Positions 47,181 to 57,979 of a stretch of DNA of 64,000 nt are shown here, one piece after another; the stretch's first letter is position 1; every line of letters begins with the position of its first letter. A model generated the notes under the pieces. That model saw nothing but the letters and a program-made list of their open reading frames with translations, searched no databases and was not told the DNA's origin. Made by a program: the position numbers and the translations under genes. This DNA comes from an uncultured Gemmatimonadales bacterium (GTDB taxonomy: Bacteria > Gemmatimonadota > Gemmatimonadetes > Palauibacterales > Palauibacteraceae), in NCBI GenBank assembly GCA_963783385.1, contig CAWANJ010000001.1:480001-544000 (forward strand). The letters are read 5' to 3'.

Positions 47181-50100
47181 TCAGAAGCTCACGTCGACGC
47201 GCGCCGTGAAGATCCGCGGAGCGGGCTGCGTGTTGAACTCACCCTGGTTGAACTGGGTGTTGCCGCCCTGCTCGATGATCTCCGGGTCGATCCCGTTGTA
47301 GCCCGTGAACGTATGGAGATTCCGGGCCGCCAGCGTCAGGCTCAGGCCCCTCGTGAAGGGCATGGCGCTGGTCAGCGACTGCGGAGCGTTCATGCGGATC
47401 GACAGCTCCCGCCACTTCATGAACGCGGCCTTGCCCACGTAGCCGGCGTTCGTCCCGAGGAATCCGTAGGCCGCGAAGCGCGCCTGGTTGGCCAGCGGCG
47501 CGTTCGGGTTGTCGGTCTCGGGGCACCCGCGGCGGTTGCTCAGGAAGCTGTTCACGCAGTCGAACTCGGTGGTCAGGTCGAACTGGCCGTTGCCACCACG
47601 GGCCTCGAACAGCGTGTTGACGTGAATGAAGTCGAACAGGCGGAGGTCCGCCGAGATCGAGCCCTCCCACGTGGGCAGGCTCTCGTTGATGAACGTCGAC
47701 GAGTCGCCGAGCGTGATCTCGCTCGGGACGATGATGCCGTCGCCGTTGGCATCGCTGTAGGTGTAGGGAATCTGCTTGTACGAACCGAGCGCCAGGCCCT
47801 CCTGCACGCTCTGACCGGAGCGTCCGACCACGAAGGACGGCACGCCACCGAGGCTCAGCACCTCGTTGTGGTTCGTGCTCATGCTGACGCCGAGGTCCAG
47901 ACCGACCGCGCTCTGGTCCAGTGCCGTGGCGTTGAGGCTGGCCTCGAAGCCATAGTTCTGGACCTTACCAATGTTGTCGAACACCGTGCCGGTCAGACCG
48001 TAGGACGGCGGCAGCGGCTTGGCCACCAGGGCGTCCTTCGACGTCTTGTGGTAATAGGTGAGCTGCAGGCCCAGGCGCTCGTTGAGGAAGCCGGCGTCGA
48101 AGCCGCCCTCGTACTCGGTGATGCGCTCGGGCTTGAGGGCCGGGTTACCGGTCGAGTTGATCGTGACGCCCGTCGTCTGGGAGCCGTTAACGATCGCGAC
48201 GACCGAGCTGAACAGCGTCTGAGCCTGGCGGAACCCGGGTCGCAGACCCGACACGCCCCATCCCGCCCGCACCCGGAAGCTGCTCAGGACGCTGGACTTC
48301 GGGAACCAGGGCTCGTCGGACATCACGTAGGAGAAGTTGGCGCTCGGATAGTACTGCGCGCCGATGTTGCCGCCAAACGCGCTGTTGTTGTCCACCCGGA
48401 GGCCGAAGGTCAGGTACATCCGGTCACGCCAGGACAGCTGCTCCTGACCGAAGCCGGCCACGGTGCGCAGCCGCGAGAAGTTCTCGTTGACGAAGAACCC
48501 CTGGCTCGTCGCGTCGCAGGACGCCAGTCCGGGCACGATCCCGTACCCGTAGCACTCCGTGACGCCCGTGCGGCTCTCCTCGTAGTGGGCACCGAGCAGC
48601 GTGGCCGAGGTGAAGTCGTTGCTGAGATCGAAGGTCGCCTGCACGGACCCGTTGGCCGTGTAGTTGTAATTGTTCGTGCGCGCGTTATCGCGGAAGCCCA
48701 GCGCATAGCTGGTCGCGATCGGCAGCAGGTTGGGCTGCAGCGTCGAGCTGCCGTTGATGTCGTTGAGGTCCAGACCGCCGTTGGCGTGCACGAGCAGCCA
48801 CGACATCGGGTTCCAGTCCATGTTGCCGCCGATGGTGAGGCGGTCGACGTTGTGGACCTGGAGCAGGCTTCTGAGCTCGTCCGGCGAGAAGAAGAAGCCG
48901 TAGTTGAGATACGAGCCCATGTTCCCGCCATAGGCACCGGTGCCGGGCAGGTACGCGGCCGCGCCGTAGATCCCGTTGAGGATCGGGCTGAAGATGTCGT
49001 TGTCGTTCTGCGGGAGGATCAGCCGGTTGGCCAGGTACATCACGTTCATGCCGACGTTGAACTTGTCGTTGGCCTGGACGTTGAAGGTGGCCGTGGCCGA
49101 CGTACGCGTGTTCACGTTGTAGCTGATGACGTTGCGCTCGAACTGCCGGTCGCCCGACAGGAAGTACGTCACCTCGTTACCGCCCCCCGTGAGGCTCCCG
49201 CCCAGCCGGTCCTGGTGGCCCAGCGTGAAGGGCGTGGTGCGCGGATCGAGCAGCGGGTTGAAGGTCAGCATCACGTCCTGCGTGCACGCACCCTGTGCGG
49301 CGTAGACGTTGGGGCACGAGGTGAACGCGGAAGCGTTGATGCCGCCGTTGGCGCCCGGGGCGATCACCGGGCCCGGACCGATCCGCATCAGCGAGGACAC
49401 GTTCGGCGGGTAGGAGGTCATGTCGTTCATGTTGCCGAGCTCGCCCCAGAAGTGGAAGCGCGTCTCGGCGTTGGTGCCGTGCTTCGTCGTGATCAGGATC
49501 ACGCCGTTGGCGGCGTTGGACCCGTACAGGGCCGCGGCCGCCGGGCCCTTGATGACCTGGACGTTCGAGATGTTCTCGGGGTTCAGGTCGTTGAGCGCCG
49601 AGGGCTCCTGTCCGCCGGTGCCGCCGGCTACCACCGGCTGGGCGCCCGCGGCCACCCGCACGCCGTCGATGTAGACGAGCGGCTCGTTGGAGAGCGAGAA
49701 TGCTGTTGGCGCCACGGATCCGGATATGCTGCGCCGTGCCCGTCGTGCCGGAGACGTTCTGAACGACGACGCCCGAAGCCCGGCCGCTGAGCAGGTCGTT
49801 GAAGCTGCTGACATTCGTCTGGTTGACCTGCGAGGCGTTGATGTTGGCCGCGTTCGTGCCGATGTCGCGCCGCTGCTGGCGCACCCCGGTGACCACGTTC
49901 ACGACCACTTCTTTGAGCCCCACCGCCGACGGCTCGAGCTGAAGATCGACCGTGGTGGTCTGCCCGGCGCGGACCGTTACGTTTCGGCTGATCACCTTGT
50001 AGCCGAGGAGTCGGACACGCAGCTCGTGCGTGCCAGCCGGGACATCGGGAATTCGGTACTTACCGTCCTCTCCAGCCAGCGTCCCCAGGTTCAGGCCCGG

Positions 50101-50274
50101 AATAAAGACCTGTGCACCGGAGACCGGCTTGAGCGTGGACGCGTCGGTGACCGTTCCCGAGATCGTGCCCTGCTGCTGTGCCCGGCCGGCCGTGGACCAG
50201 CCGAGCGACAGGGCCAACCCCGCCGCGAGAACGGCAGCGACGCGCCCTGCGCGTCTGAACAACGTAGCGAACAT
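47181..50274 (-). CDS. susC: SusC/RagA TonB-dependent transporter (pair 1; +1 frameshift at ~49700)
   Basis: N-terminal Cna-B-like domain, LKEVVV, IRIRG, DLNPENI..IKGPAAAALYGSNAANGVILITTK, NPALKPE, C-terminal F. Confidence 0.92.
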
Positions 50275-50542
50275 GGATCACCCTCCTGTGGCTTCGGGAG
50301 TGCTTCTCCGGCGCCCGCCGCAGGCGCTGATGCGCGCGACGAGCCGCCACCCACCCCTGTCTCTCGAGCGAGCCGAACCAACGTAGGTCGGCGCACCGCA
50401 TGGAGCTAGGGGACAGGCCCGGTTCGTGTTAGGCGTTGTGGGGGATCGACGACGTCTGGTGCGTCAGACCGCTCCTCCTGGTCGAAGGGGTGGTGGACGG
50501 CGCCCCGAACGAAGACCTGGGGCTCGCGGGAGTCCAGCATTG

Positions 50543-50571
50543 TGATTAACCGCCGGCCATACCCATGTCAA
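50543..50571 (-). promoter_or_regulatory. Putative promoter of susC1 (~270-nt leader)
   Basis: TTGACA-17 bp-TAATCA (imperfect -10). Confidence 0.4.
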
Positions 50572-50867
50572 GCGCTTTGCGGACACCGCGTCACCGAATC
50601 GTTACAGGTCGCCGGCGTGAATCGGGGCGCCAGGCGTCTGCCGGCAAAGGATATCGCGGGGCCTCTGCAAACCGGATGCGGATATCGGGCGACCAGGCCG
50701 CGCCCCGGCTCGTCTCACGGGATACAGGGTTCGTCGAACCATGGCGCCGTCCGTCGCACGTGGAGCGCACCCGCGCTTCGAACCTCCCTAGCGTGGCGAC
50801 GGCCGCGTTGCCGGGCTCCGACCCGGTGGCTACCTTTTCCTGCGGTCGCACAGACACTCGAGGTTCG

Positions 50868-51746
50868 ATGAAGCCGTATCGGAACCGGACCGGGTCGGAC
50901 CCGCGCCCCTCTCGAGCGCTCCCGAGCCCGGTGGCGTTCGCCCCCGCCGACGGCCCCGCGCCGCCCCGTCGAAGTGTGCTCCCGTCGCCGGTCCCCGGTC
51001 GTCGCGCGGCCCGCCGACGGGCGCTCTTCGGCTTCCTGCTCCTTGCATCCACCCTGCCGACACCGGTCGTGGCCCAGGCGGGCTCGGCCACCCTGCGCGG
51101 CTGGGTCCTCAGAACGGGCACCGACACGCCGCTCCCCGCAGCCCGGGTCGAGCTCGTCGGGATGAAGAAGGCGGCAGTCACCGACTCGGCGGGACGCTTC
51201 GAGGTGGCCGGGCTGCCGTCCGGCGTGGTGGTGGTGCAGGTACGGTACCTCGGGCTGAGCGCCCAGCGCTGGAAGGTGCCGCTGCACACCGACGCCGCCA
51301 CCGCGATCGTGTTCCGCGTCGGGCTCGGCATCATTCCCGTCCCGGCCATCCACGTCTCCGTGAAGCGCGTCGTGTGGCCCAAGATGCGGGGCTTCGAGAG
51401 CCGCATGCAGCGCAGCGAGGGGACCTTCATCACCCGGGACGAGATCCAGCGCCGCCAGCCCCAGGAGCTGAGCGACCTCCTCCGCACCGTACCCGGCCTC
51501 ACCTTCGCACGTCCGTCCATCGAGTTCGAGGATACTCGCGTGGTGATGGGTCACGGACGCCTGCAGTGCACGCCGACCCTGTACATGGACGGACACCGGG
51601 TCTCCGCCTTCCGCCTGGACGACTTCGCTCCCGAGCACATCGAGGCCATCGAAGTCTACACGCGCATGTCGCTCGTCCCGGGCCAGTATCGGATCGGTCC
51701 GAACCGGTGTGGAGCGATCCTGCTGTGGAGCCGCGATACCTTCTAG
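50868..51746 (+). CDS. Carboxypeptidase-regulatory-like domain + TonB plug domain protein lacking a beta-barrel
   Basis: GAGG then ATG 50868; signal peptide; TDSAGRF..GL; SDLLRTVPG...DDFAPEHIEAIEVY...CGAILLWSR then stop. Confidence 0.8.
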   Translation: MKPYRNRTGSDPRPSRALPSPVAFAPADGPAPPRRSVLPSPVPGRRAARRRALFGFLLLASTLPTPVVAQAGSATLRGWVLRTGTDTPLPAARVELVGMKKAAVTDSAGRFEVAGLPSGVVVVQVRYLGLSAQRWKVPLHTDAATAIVFRVGLGIIPVPAIHVSVKRVVWPKMRGFESRMQRSEGTFITRDEIQRRQPQELSDLLRTVPGLTFARPSIEFEDTRVVMGHGRLQCTPTLYMDGHRVSAFRLDDFAPEHIEAIEVYTRMSLVPGQYRIGPNRCGAILLWSRDTF

Positions 51747-51817
51747 GAGCCCTGGAATCCGGGCCACGTCCAGGGAAGGTCGGAATCGGGCCGCCGGGAA
51801 GCGGCCCGGCGTTACGG

Positions 51818-52282
51818 CTACTTGCCGGCCGGTGGCGGCTGTCCGCCGGTCGTCCCGCCACCACCGGAGCTCAGGACGGCGGCCGCGGCCAGCGCCGCCC
51901 CGACCACGAAGCCTCCGGCCAGGATCGTCTTGATCGCGGAGAACTTCCGGATCTCGATCCCGGCGACCGCATCCGCGGGGACCCGCGCCGTGCGACCGCC
52001 GACCTGCTGTTGGTAGCCCGAGCGTGCGGTGGTCTGGAAGACCGACACGACCAGGGAATCGCCTTCCTCCCCGACCATCTCGGCATCGAGCTCGACGACG
52101 TCGTTTGCGCCGATCTCTCCCATGCGGACGTCGATGGGCCGGCCGAAGTGGATCTTGAGAGCGGTACCCTGCTGCACCCGTTCCGGCGCCCCCTGCAAGG
52201 GCACGTAGGTGTAGCAGCCGGACAGGTACATAGCTCCGCTCGAGATCACGAGCGCCCACACAGGCCGGAAATACCTCCGCAT
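51818..52282 (-). CDS. Hypothetical lipoprotein
   Basis: Lipobox LSG-C-YTYVP; C-terminal hydrophobic helix. Confidence 0.7.
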   Translation of the reverse strand: MRRYFRPVWALVISSGAMYLSGCYTYVPLQGAPERVQQGTALKIHFGRPIDVRMGEIGANDVVELDAEMVGEEGDSLVVSVFQTTARSGYQQQVGGRTARVPADAVAGIEIRKFSAIKTILAGGFVVGAALAAAAVLSSGGGGTTGGQPPPAGK

Positions 52283-52287
52283 CGTGG

Positions 52288-52701
52288 TCAGTCTCCTCCG
52301 ATCGTGAGGCCGTTGCTCGGAAGTCGCCAGTGGACCACCGCACCCGGCACGAGATCGAAGGGCTGGGAGACGAAGCGCAGCCGGTTGCTCCGATCGCCCG
52401 CCGCCAGGCGTCGCTCTCCCGAAATGTCACGCGATTGGTATTCCAGCGTGCCGGTGGTGTGCGGCGACACGGTGCCGAGGAAGGAGCGCTCACCGTCGAA
52501 GGTGAGGAGGTAGACCGTCAGTGGCTCGCTCGGTGTTACGTCGTTCTCCACCACGACGGTGACGCCGGCCCGCGCCGTGGAGTCGGCGGCCGTCCCCCCC
52601 AATGTGGAGACGGGCCCTCCCCTCCCGGAGGCACACGCCAGGAGCGTGACCACCGGGAGGAGGGACCCGATTCTCCTCGAGGCGAACCGGAGAGGCCTCA
52701 G
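52288..52701 (-). CDS. Hypothetical lipoprotein (CTG start inferred)
   Basis: GGAGG then CTG 52701 gives MRPLRFASRRIGSLLPVVTLLA-C; beta-rich VVVEND...LTVYL...FLGTV. Confidence 0.65.
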   Translation of the reverse strand: MRPLRFASRRIGSLLPVVTLLACASGRGGPVSTLGGTAADSTARAGVTVVVENDVTPSEPLTVYLLTFDGERSFLGTVSPHTTGTLEYQSRDISGERRLAAGDRSNRLRFVSQPFDLVPGAVVHWRLPSNGLTIGGD

Positions 52702-52735
52702 TCGGCCCCTCCGGGTGCGCGCGGCGAACCGCTTG

Positions 52736-54145
52736 TCACTGAGTGCAGGAATCCCGCGGGTCGTCGGGTACTGGCGATGAGTTGTTGCCCGTGCCCGCCT
52801 GGTCGATGTTGGTGTTGTTCTGCCTCTCCGCCGACGGATAGAACACCCGGTCGGGGATCTTCTCGCCGTTGTAGGGCGTGATCGCGGGCTGGCAGGTGCG
52901 CAGCCAGTCGCGCCATGTCTCGTGGTTGAGGAAGTCCGCGATATACTTCTGGGTCATGATCTCGTTGAACAACGCCGTGCCCGTGAGGGTGGCGATGTTG
53001 GTCTTGAACGAGCTCAGGTCGATGGGATACCCCAGCGACGCCCAGTAGTCCTCCTGACAGGTGAGCCCGTCCTGGGCCGCCTGCTGCGCCCCCGCCGTGT
53101 TGCTGGCCTCGTACTGGGCCTCGGCGATGATGAACTGGGTCTCGGAGCACGTGAGGATCGGCATCGAGTAGTCGGCCTGCCCCGGCACGTTGAGCTGCGA
53201 GGCATACGAGCTCGGATCGCCCGTCGGCGTGCCCGGAGGTGAACCCTGGTAGCCGCCGCCCACGCTGGCGTCCGCCTCCGTGAAGTAGATCGGCAGGCGA
53301 GGGTCGTTCATGGCGTTCAGCGTGTCGACCAGGAACGCTCCCGACGAGATGTAGCCGGAACGGTCGCTGTTGAACTGGAACCAGATGTTGTTCTCGGTCT
53401 TGGTGCTCGAGTTGATGGCCAGCCAGTTCCCGGCCGGATCCGAGATCCCCTGTTGCGCCTCGGTCAGCGCCTTGCCGTAGGCGGTGGGGTCCGTCGAGGC
53501 CAGGTGCATGTAGATGCGAGCCTTGAGGCTGTGCGCCACGGCCAGCCAGCTCTGGACATCGCCGCCGAAGTTGAAGTCGCTGGCGCCGGGGCCACCCCCA
53601 CCCTGCTGTAGATTGGCGATGGCGTTGTCCAGCGTCGTCTCGAGCTCGGTGTAGACGTCCAGCTGGCCGTCCAGCGGAGCATCGGCCTGCAGCGCCTGGC
53701 TGTAGGGCACGTCACCCCACGTGCTGGCCGCGAGCTCGATGTCCAGGGCCTCGTAGATCTGCAGGATGCCCTCGTAGGCGAAGCGCCCCGAGGAATCGGC
53801 CAACGCCTCGGCCTGCCTGAGGTCGACGAGCCCGCCTCCCTGGTAGATGCGCGCCCATTCGTTGTCGCCGGGCTGGTTCGCCTCGCTGATGTTGTACGCC
53901 GCGTACGTCGCGTACTGGCGGTCGGTGCCATCCATCTGCTGCGTCCAGATGGCGGCCATGCGGCTCAGATCACCTTCGTTGTCGAAGAACGTGCCCACCT
54001 GCGAGCTCACGAACAGCTGGTCAATCGTCGCGTTCGGAACGGCGTTCGGGTTCTGCGTGGTGGGGTTGATGTAGTCGCACCCCGTGAACGCTCCGGCCAA
54101 CACGGCGACGGCCAGCGCGGGCCCGGCCCATCGCTTGATCGTCAT
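52736..54145 (-). CDS. susD: SusD/RagB family outer-membrane lipoprotein (pair 2)
   Basis: AAGGAG then ATG 54145; lipobox FTG-C; NPN, WGDVPYSQA, SLKARIYMH, DPRL, IMTQKYIA, YPSAE. Confidence 0.9.
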   Translation of the reverse strand: MTIKRWAGPALAVAVLAGAFTGCDYINPTTQNPNAVPNATIDQLFVSSQVGTFFDNEGDLSRMAAIWTQQMDGTDRQYATYAAYNISEANQPGDNEWARIYQGGGLVDLRQAEALADSSGRFAYEGILQIYEALDIELAASTWGDVPYSQALQADAPLDGQLDVYTELETTLDNAIANLQQGGGGPGASDFNFGGDVQSWLAVAHSLKARIYMHLASTDPTAYGKALTEAQQGISDPAGNWLAINSSTKTENNIWFQFNSDRSGYISSGAFLVDTLNAMNDPRLPIYFTEADASVGGGYQGSPPGTPTGDPSSYASQLNVPGQADYSMPILTCSETQFIIAEAQYEASNTAGAQQAAQDGLTCQEDYWASLGYPIDLSSFKTNIATLTGTALFNEIMTQKYIADFLNHETWRDWLRTCQPAITPYNGEKIPDRVFYPSAERQNNTNIDQAGTGNNSSPVPDDPRDSCTQ

Positions 54146-54209
54146 CGTCGTTCGCTCCTTCATATCCCTGAGGCGTCGATTCGGAGTCATCGTCTCGGCT
54201 CGCATCCGT

Positions 54210-57200
54210 CTAGCGGACGTAGCTGACGGTGACGATCCAGGAGCGGACCTGCGGGTTCTGGAAGTAGTCCAGCCCGCGGCCCGTGGACTGCCCGGTCAGG
54301 TTCGTCTCCGGGTCGATGCCCGTGTAGTTGGTCCAGGTCTTGAGGTTGCGGCCGCTCAGCGCCAGCTCGATACGGTTCGCACCGAGCTTGCTCACCCAGT
54401 CCTGATTGAAGGTGTAGCGGACGGTGACGTCCCGCAGCTTCACGAAGCTCGCGTTCTCCATGAACTGCGAGGCCGGGCCCGTGAACCCGCTCCCGAGGTT
54501 GTTGAGCGCCCAGTCGGGCGTGAGGTTGACCTGCATCCCGGCTCCCGGGCCGGCACCCTGGAACGTGAAGTTCTGCCCGTCGCCAGGACATGGCGGAGCT
54601 CCACCGCTCTGGCAGTGCCACCCCGCGGTAGCGGCCGGCTTGCCGAAGTAGGTCAGCGCGCCTCTCGTCCCGTTCCACATCATGGCTCCGTGGGAGACGT
54701 CGACGAGTCCGGTAATCGTGAGGTTGTTCATCACGTGGAACGTGTTCCGGAAGCTGGCCGTCCAGCTCGGGTTGGGATCACCGATCGTCCGGAAGCTCGG
54801 GTCGTAGACCGGGTACCCATCGGGGCCGATGTACAGCTGGCCGGGCTTGGCGTTGGGGAAGGCATTGTCGATGTTCACACCGCCGACGGTGATTCCCCGT
54901 CCGAAGCGGACGAAGTCGTCGCCGTAGATCTCGCCGAACGGGCAGGGATCGGTCTGCGTCGGACCGCACTGGTTGGCGAGCACCGCCGCGTACGGATCCG
55001 TGAATCCGGCCAGGAAAATGTTGCTGGCCCCGGGCAACGCCAGGACCTGGCTCCGGTTCCGCGACCACTGGGCGTTGAGCTGCCACGAGAAGTCGCTCGT
55101 CCGGATCGGCGTGAAGTCCGCCGAGATCTCGATGCCCTTGTTTCGGAAGGACGCCGCGTTCTCGTATCGGGCGGAGTAACCCGAGCTCGGAGCCAGGGGG
55201 ACGCTCAGGATGGCGTCGGTGGTCTTCTGGTAGTAGTACGTCCCGCTCAGCGTGAGACGGTTGTCCAGGAACGAGAGGTCCAGTCCGCCCTCGTACTCGC
55301 GGGTGCGCTCGGGAGCGATGTCCGTGTTACCCAGCGTCCCCTGCGAGATGACGCCCGTCTCGCCCCGGTAGATCGTCTGCAGGCCCGAGGAGACCCAGCC
55401 GTCGCCGTAGCTGCTCGTCTGGAACGCGTTCACGTTCGAGTAGATCGGCGGCGCCTTGGCGGCCTCGCCGTAGGCGAAGTGCAGCTTCCCGTAGTTGAGC
55501 CAGCCCACGTTGTCGAAGGCCGGGAGCTTGGTGAACTCCCACGCCAGCTGGGCCGACGGGTAGGTGAAGCGCTTCCCGTTGCCGCCGAAGGTCGAGGAAC
55601 CCTCGTTGTTGACGCTCCCCGTGAGGAAGAGCTGGTTGTAGAGGTCCAGGTGGCCCTCGGCGTAGTACCGGTCCGCGCGTGTCTTGGCCACGTAATCGTT
55701 CGGGACCTGCTTCACGGTCGACTGAAGCTGGTCGGTCCCGTAGATGAGGTTGTTGCCCTCGATGGCGAGGTTGTTCGTCTTGCTCTGGTGGATGTTCTGA
55801 CCGAGCGTCAGGCTCGCCGACACATCCGGCGTGAAGTCGTGCTGCAAGGTACCGGTCAGGATGTTGTCGACATCGAAGGCGTTGTAGTTCGCCTTGATGA
55901 CGCCGCCATCCAGGTAGTTGTCGGAGCTCTTCGGAAACAGCTCCAGATCGCGGGTCTGAGAATAGTCCGCCCCGAAGGTCTCCGAGAAGGTCAGCCATGG
56001 GAACGGATTGTAGTCCGCCCGGATGTTCCCGAACGTGTGCCCCACGTTGGACGTGTTCCGGATCACCTTGGCGATCCAGAACGGGTTGTCGTACCCACGC
56101 GGCTCGGTCAGCGTGGTCGGGTCCGGGTTCCGGTAGGACCGCTGTAGCCCGCCCGCCGTCAGGTAGTTGGCGTTGTTGAACTCGGGCGGGGTCCTGAGCG
56201 CGGCCAGCAGGAGGCCGCTGATGTTCGAGCCCTGCTGCACGAGCGACAGGTCCTGGTTCGTATAGGCGAAGTTGCCGCTCAGGGTCAGGTTGTTGATCAC
56301 GTTGTGCGACGCCTTCAGCCTCACCGTGGCCTTCTTGGCGCTGTGCGGGCCGATGATGTAGGACTGATCGTCGTTGAAGCCCGCCGACATGAAGTAGGTC
56401 GTGGCCTCGCCGCCGCCCGACAGGGTGATGTCGTTGTCGAACCGGTTGGCGGTCTGGAAGAGCTCGTGCGCGTGGTCGAACACGTCCTTGCCCACGACGC
56501 AGTTCGGCGCGCAGGCCAGCTTGGGACCCCAGCTCGTGCTGCCGAGCTGCCCGAAGGACGTCTGCAGCGGCGGCATCTTGTTGACCTGGTCCCACGTATA
56601 CGTGCTCTTCACCGTGAGGCGCGTCGCGCCAGACTGCCCGGACTTCGTCGGTGATGAGCACGACCCCGTTGGCGCCATCGGAACCATACAGCGACGTGGC
56701 CGCGGGACCCTTGAGGATCTGCACGCTGGCGACGTCATTGGGGTTGATGTCGGAGGCGCGGTTCTGGGTGACGGTGCCGCCGACACTTCCATTGACGAAG
56801 TCGGGGTTGCTCGAACTGTTGTTGATCGGCGTCCCGTCCACCACGATCAGCGGCTGGTTGCTGCCGTTCAGCGTCCTGAAGCCGCGGATGTGGATGTAGG
56901 TGCCGGCCCCGGGCTCTCCGCCCGAGCTCGTCACCTGCACGTTCGGAGCCTTGCCGGCCAGGGCGTCGATGATGTTGGTCGCCCGGCTGTTGACGATCGC
57001 GGAGGAGTCCACGGTGTTGATGGTGGCCCCCACGCGGGCTCGCGTGGTCTGCGTGCCCTGGCCGGTGGCCACGATCGCTTCGAGCTGGAGCGGGCTGAAC
57101 GCCAGCGCGAAATCGTGCGAGATCGTGCCGGCCTGCAGCGTGATCGTCGCGGAGACCGATCGGTAGCTGAGTAGCGAGGCCGTGACGACGACCGACTGGC

Positions 57201-57456
57201 CCTGCACGCGCAATGCCGGGATGGTCAAGCTGTAGTTACCGTCCTGGTCTGCGATCGTGCCGAGGCCCAGCGATTTGATCTGGATCGTGGCACTTGCGAG
57301 TGGCTTGCCGTTCTGGTCGGCCACCTTGCCGGTGATGACCATCGCCTGCTGCGCGTGCAGCGGCGCGGTCGTCCCGACCGCGATTCCGGCGGCCATGAGG
57401 ACGGCGAGCGCCGCCCCCAGCAGGCTCCGAACGCGGTTGGACAGGTGAGGACACAT
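54210..57456 (-). CDS. susC: SusC/RagA TonB-dependent transporter (pair 2; +1 frameshift at ~56649)
   Basis: LEAIVATG, IHIRG, DINPNDVASVQILKGPAATSLYG, GN.DIAPERT.EYEGG, YTGIDPE. Confidence 0.92.
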
Positions 57457-57721
57457 CGAGCACCCTCCTGTGGCGTGAGACACTGTCGGGTCGGCGGCGA
57501 GGCTCGCTGTCCTGTGAGCGGGCCCCGAACCGCTACCCGTACTGCGAATCTTCTGGCGCTGTCACCGCCCGCCAACGCGGCGGGACGGATCTTCGGGGAG
57601 CCGTTCGCTCCTCGGCCGTCAGTGCCAGTCGGACGGATCTCCTTGCGACGCGGTCAGTTTCGGTCTTCCCCCATTTCCATCTCGTTCGTCGTCGTGTAAC
57701 GGCTCCGTCACACTGGTTTCT

Positions 57722-57751
57722 GTTATAGATGATGCGCGTCCTTCCTGTCAA
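57722..57751 (-). promoter_or_regulatory. Putative sigma70 promoter of susC2 (~260-nt leader)
   Basis: TTGACA-18 bp-TATAAC. Confidence 0.55.
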
Positions 57752-57911
57752 GCGATGACGTCGTTCGTCGCGCCCCGACGTCGAGTCATCGTGTGAGACC
57801 GCGCGATGACCGCCAAATTCGGGCGTACGCCAGAATGTAGGTGAGACTAAGAGTATTGAATTACAACAATGTAAAACCAGAAAAAGCGGTCTTCGAAGGG
57901 GAGCGTAAAGC

Positions 57912-57964
57912 GGAAAAGACCCCGGGAGGAAGACCGGCCCGGGGGGCGCGGGACGCGCCCCCCG
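57912..57964 (-). terminator. Terminator-like hairpin(s) after susD3
   Basis: GGGGGGCGCG-TCC-CGCGCCCCCC, then a second GC stem and TCTTTT. Confidence 0.45.
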
Positions 57965-57979
57965 TGACCGGACCGGTGG

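Noticed and set aside
57457-57720. Cobalamin or TPP riboswitch before TonB-dependent transporters
   Set aside because: No B12-box or TPP (CTGAGA...ACCTG) cores seen here or in the susC1 leader
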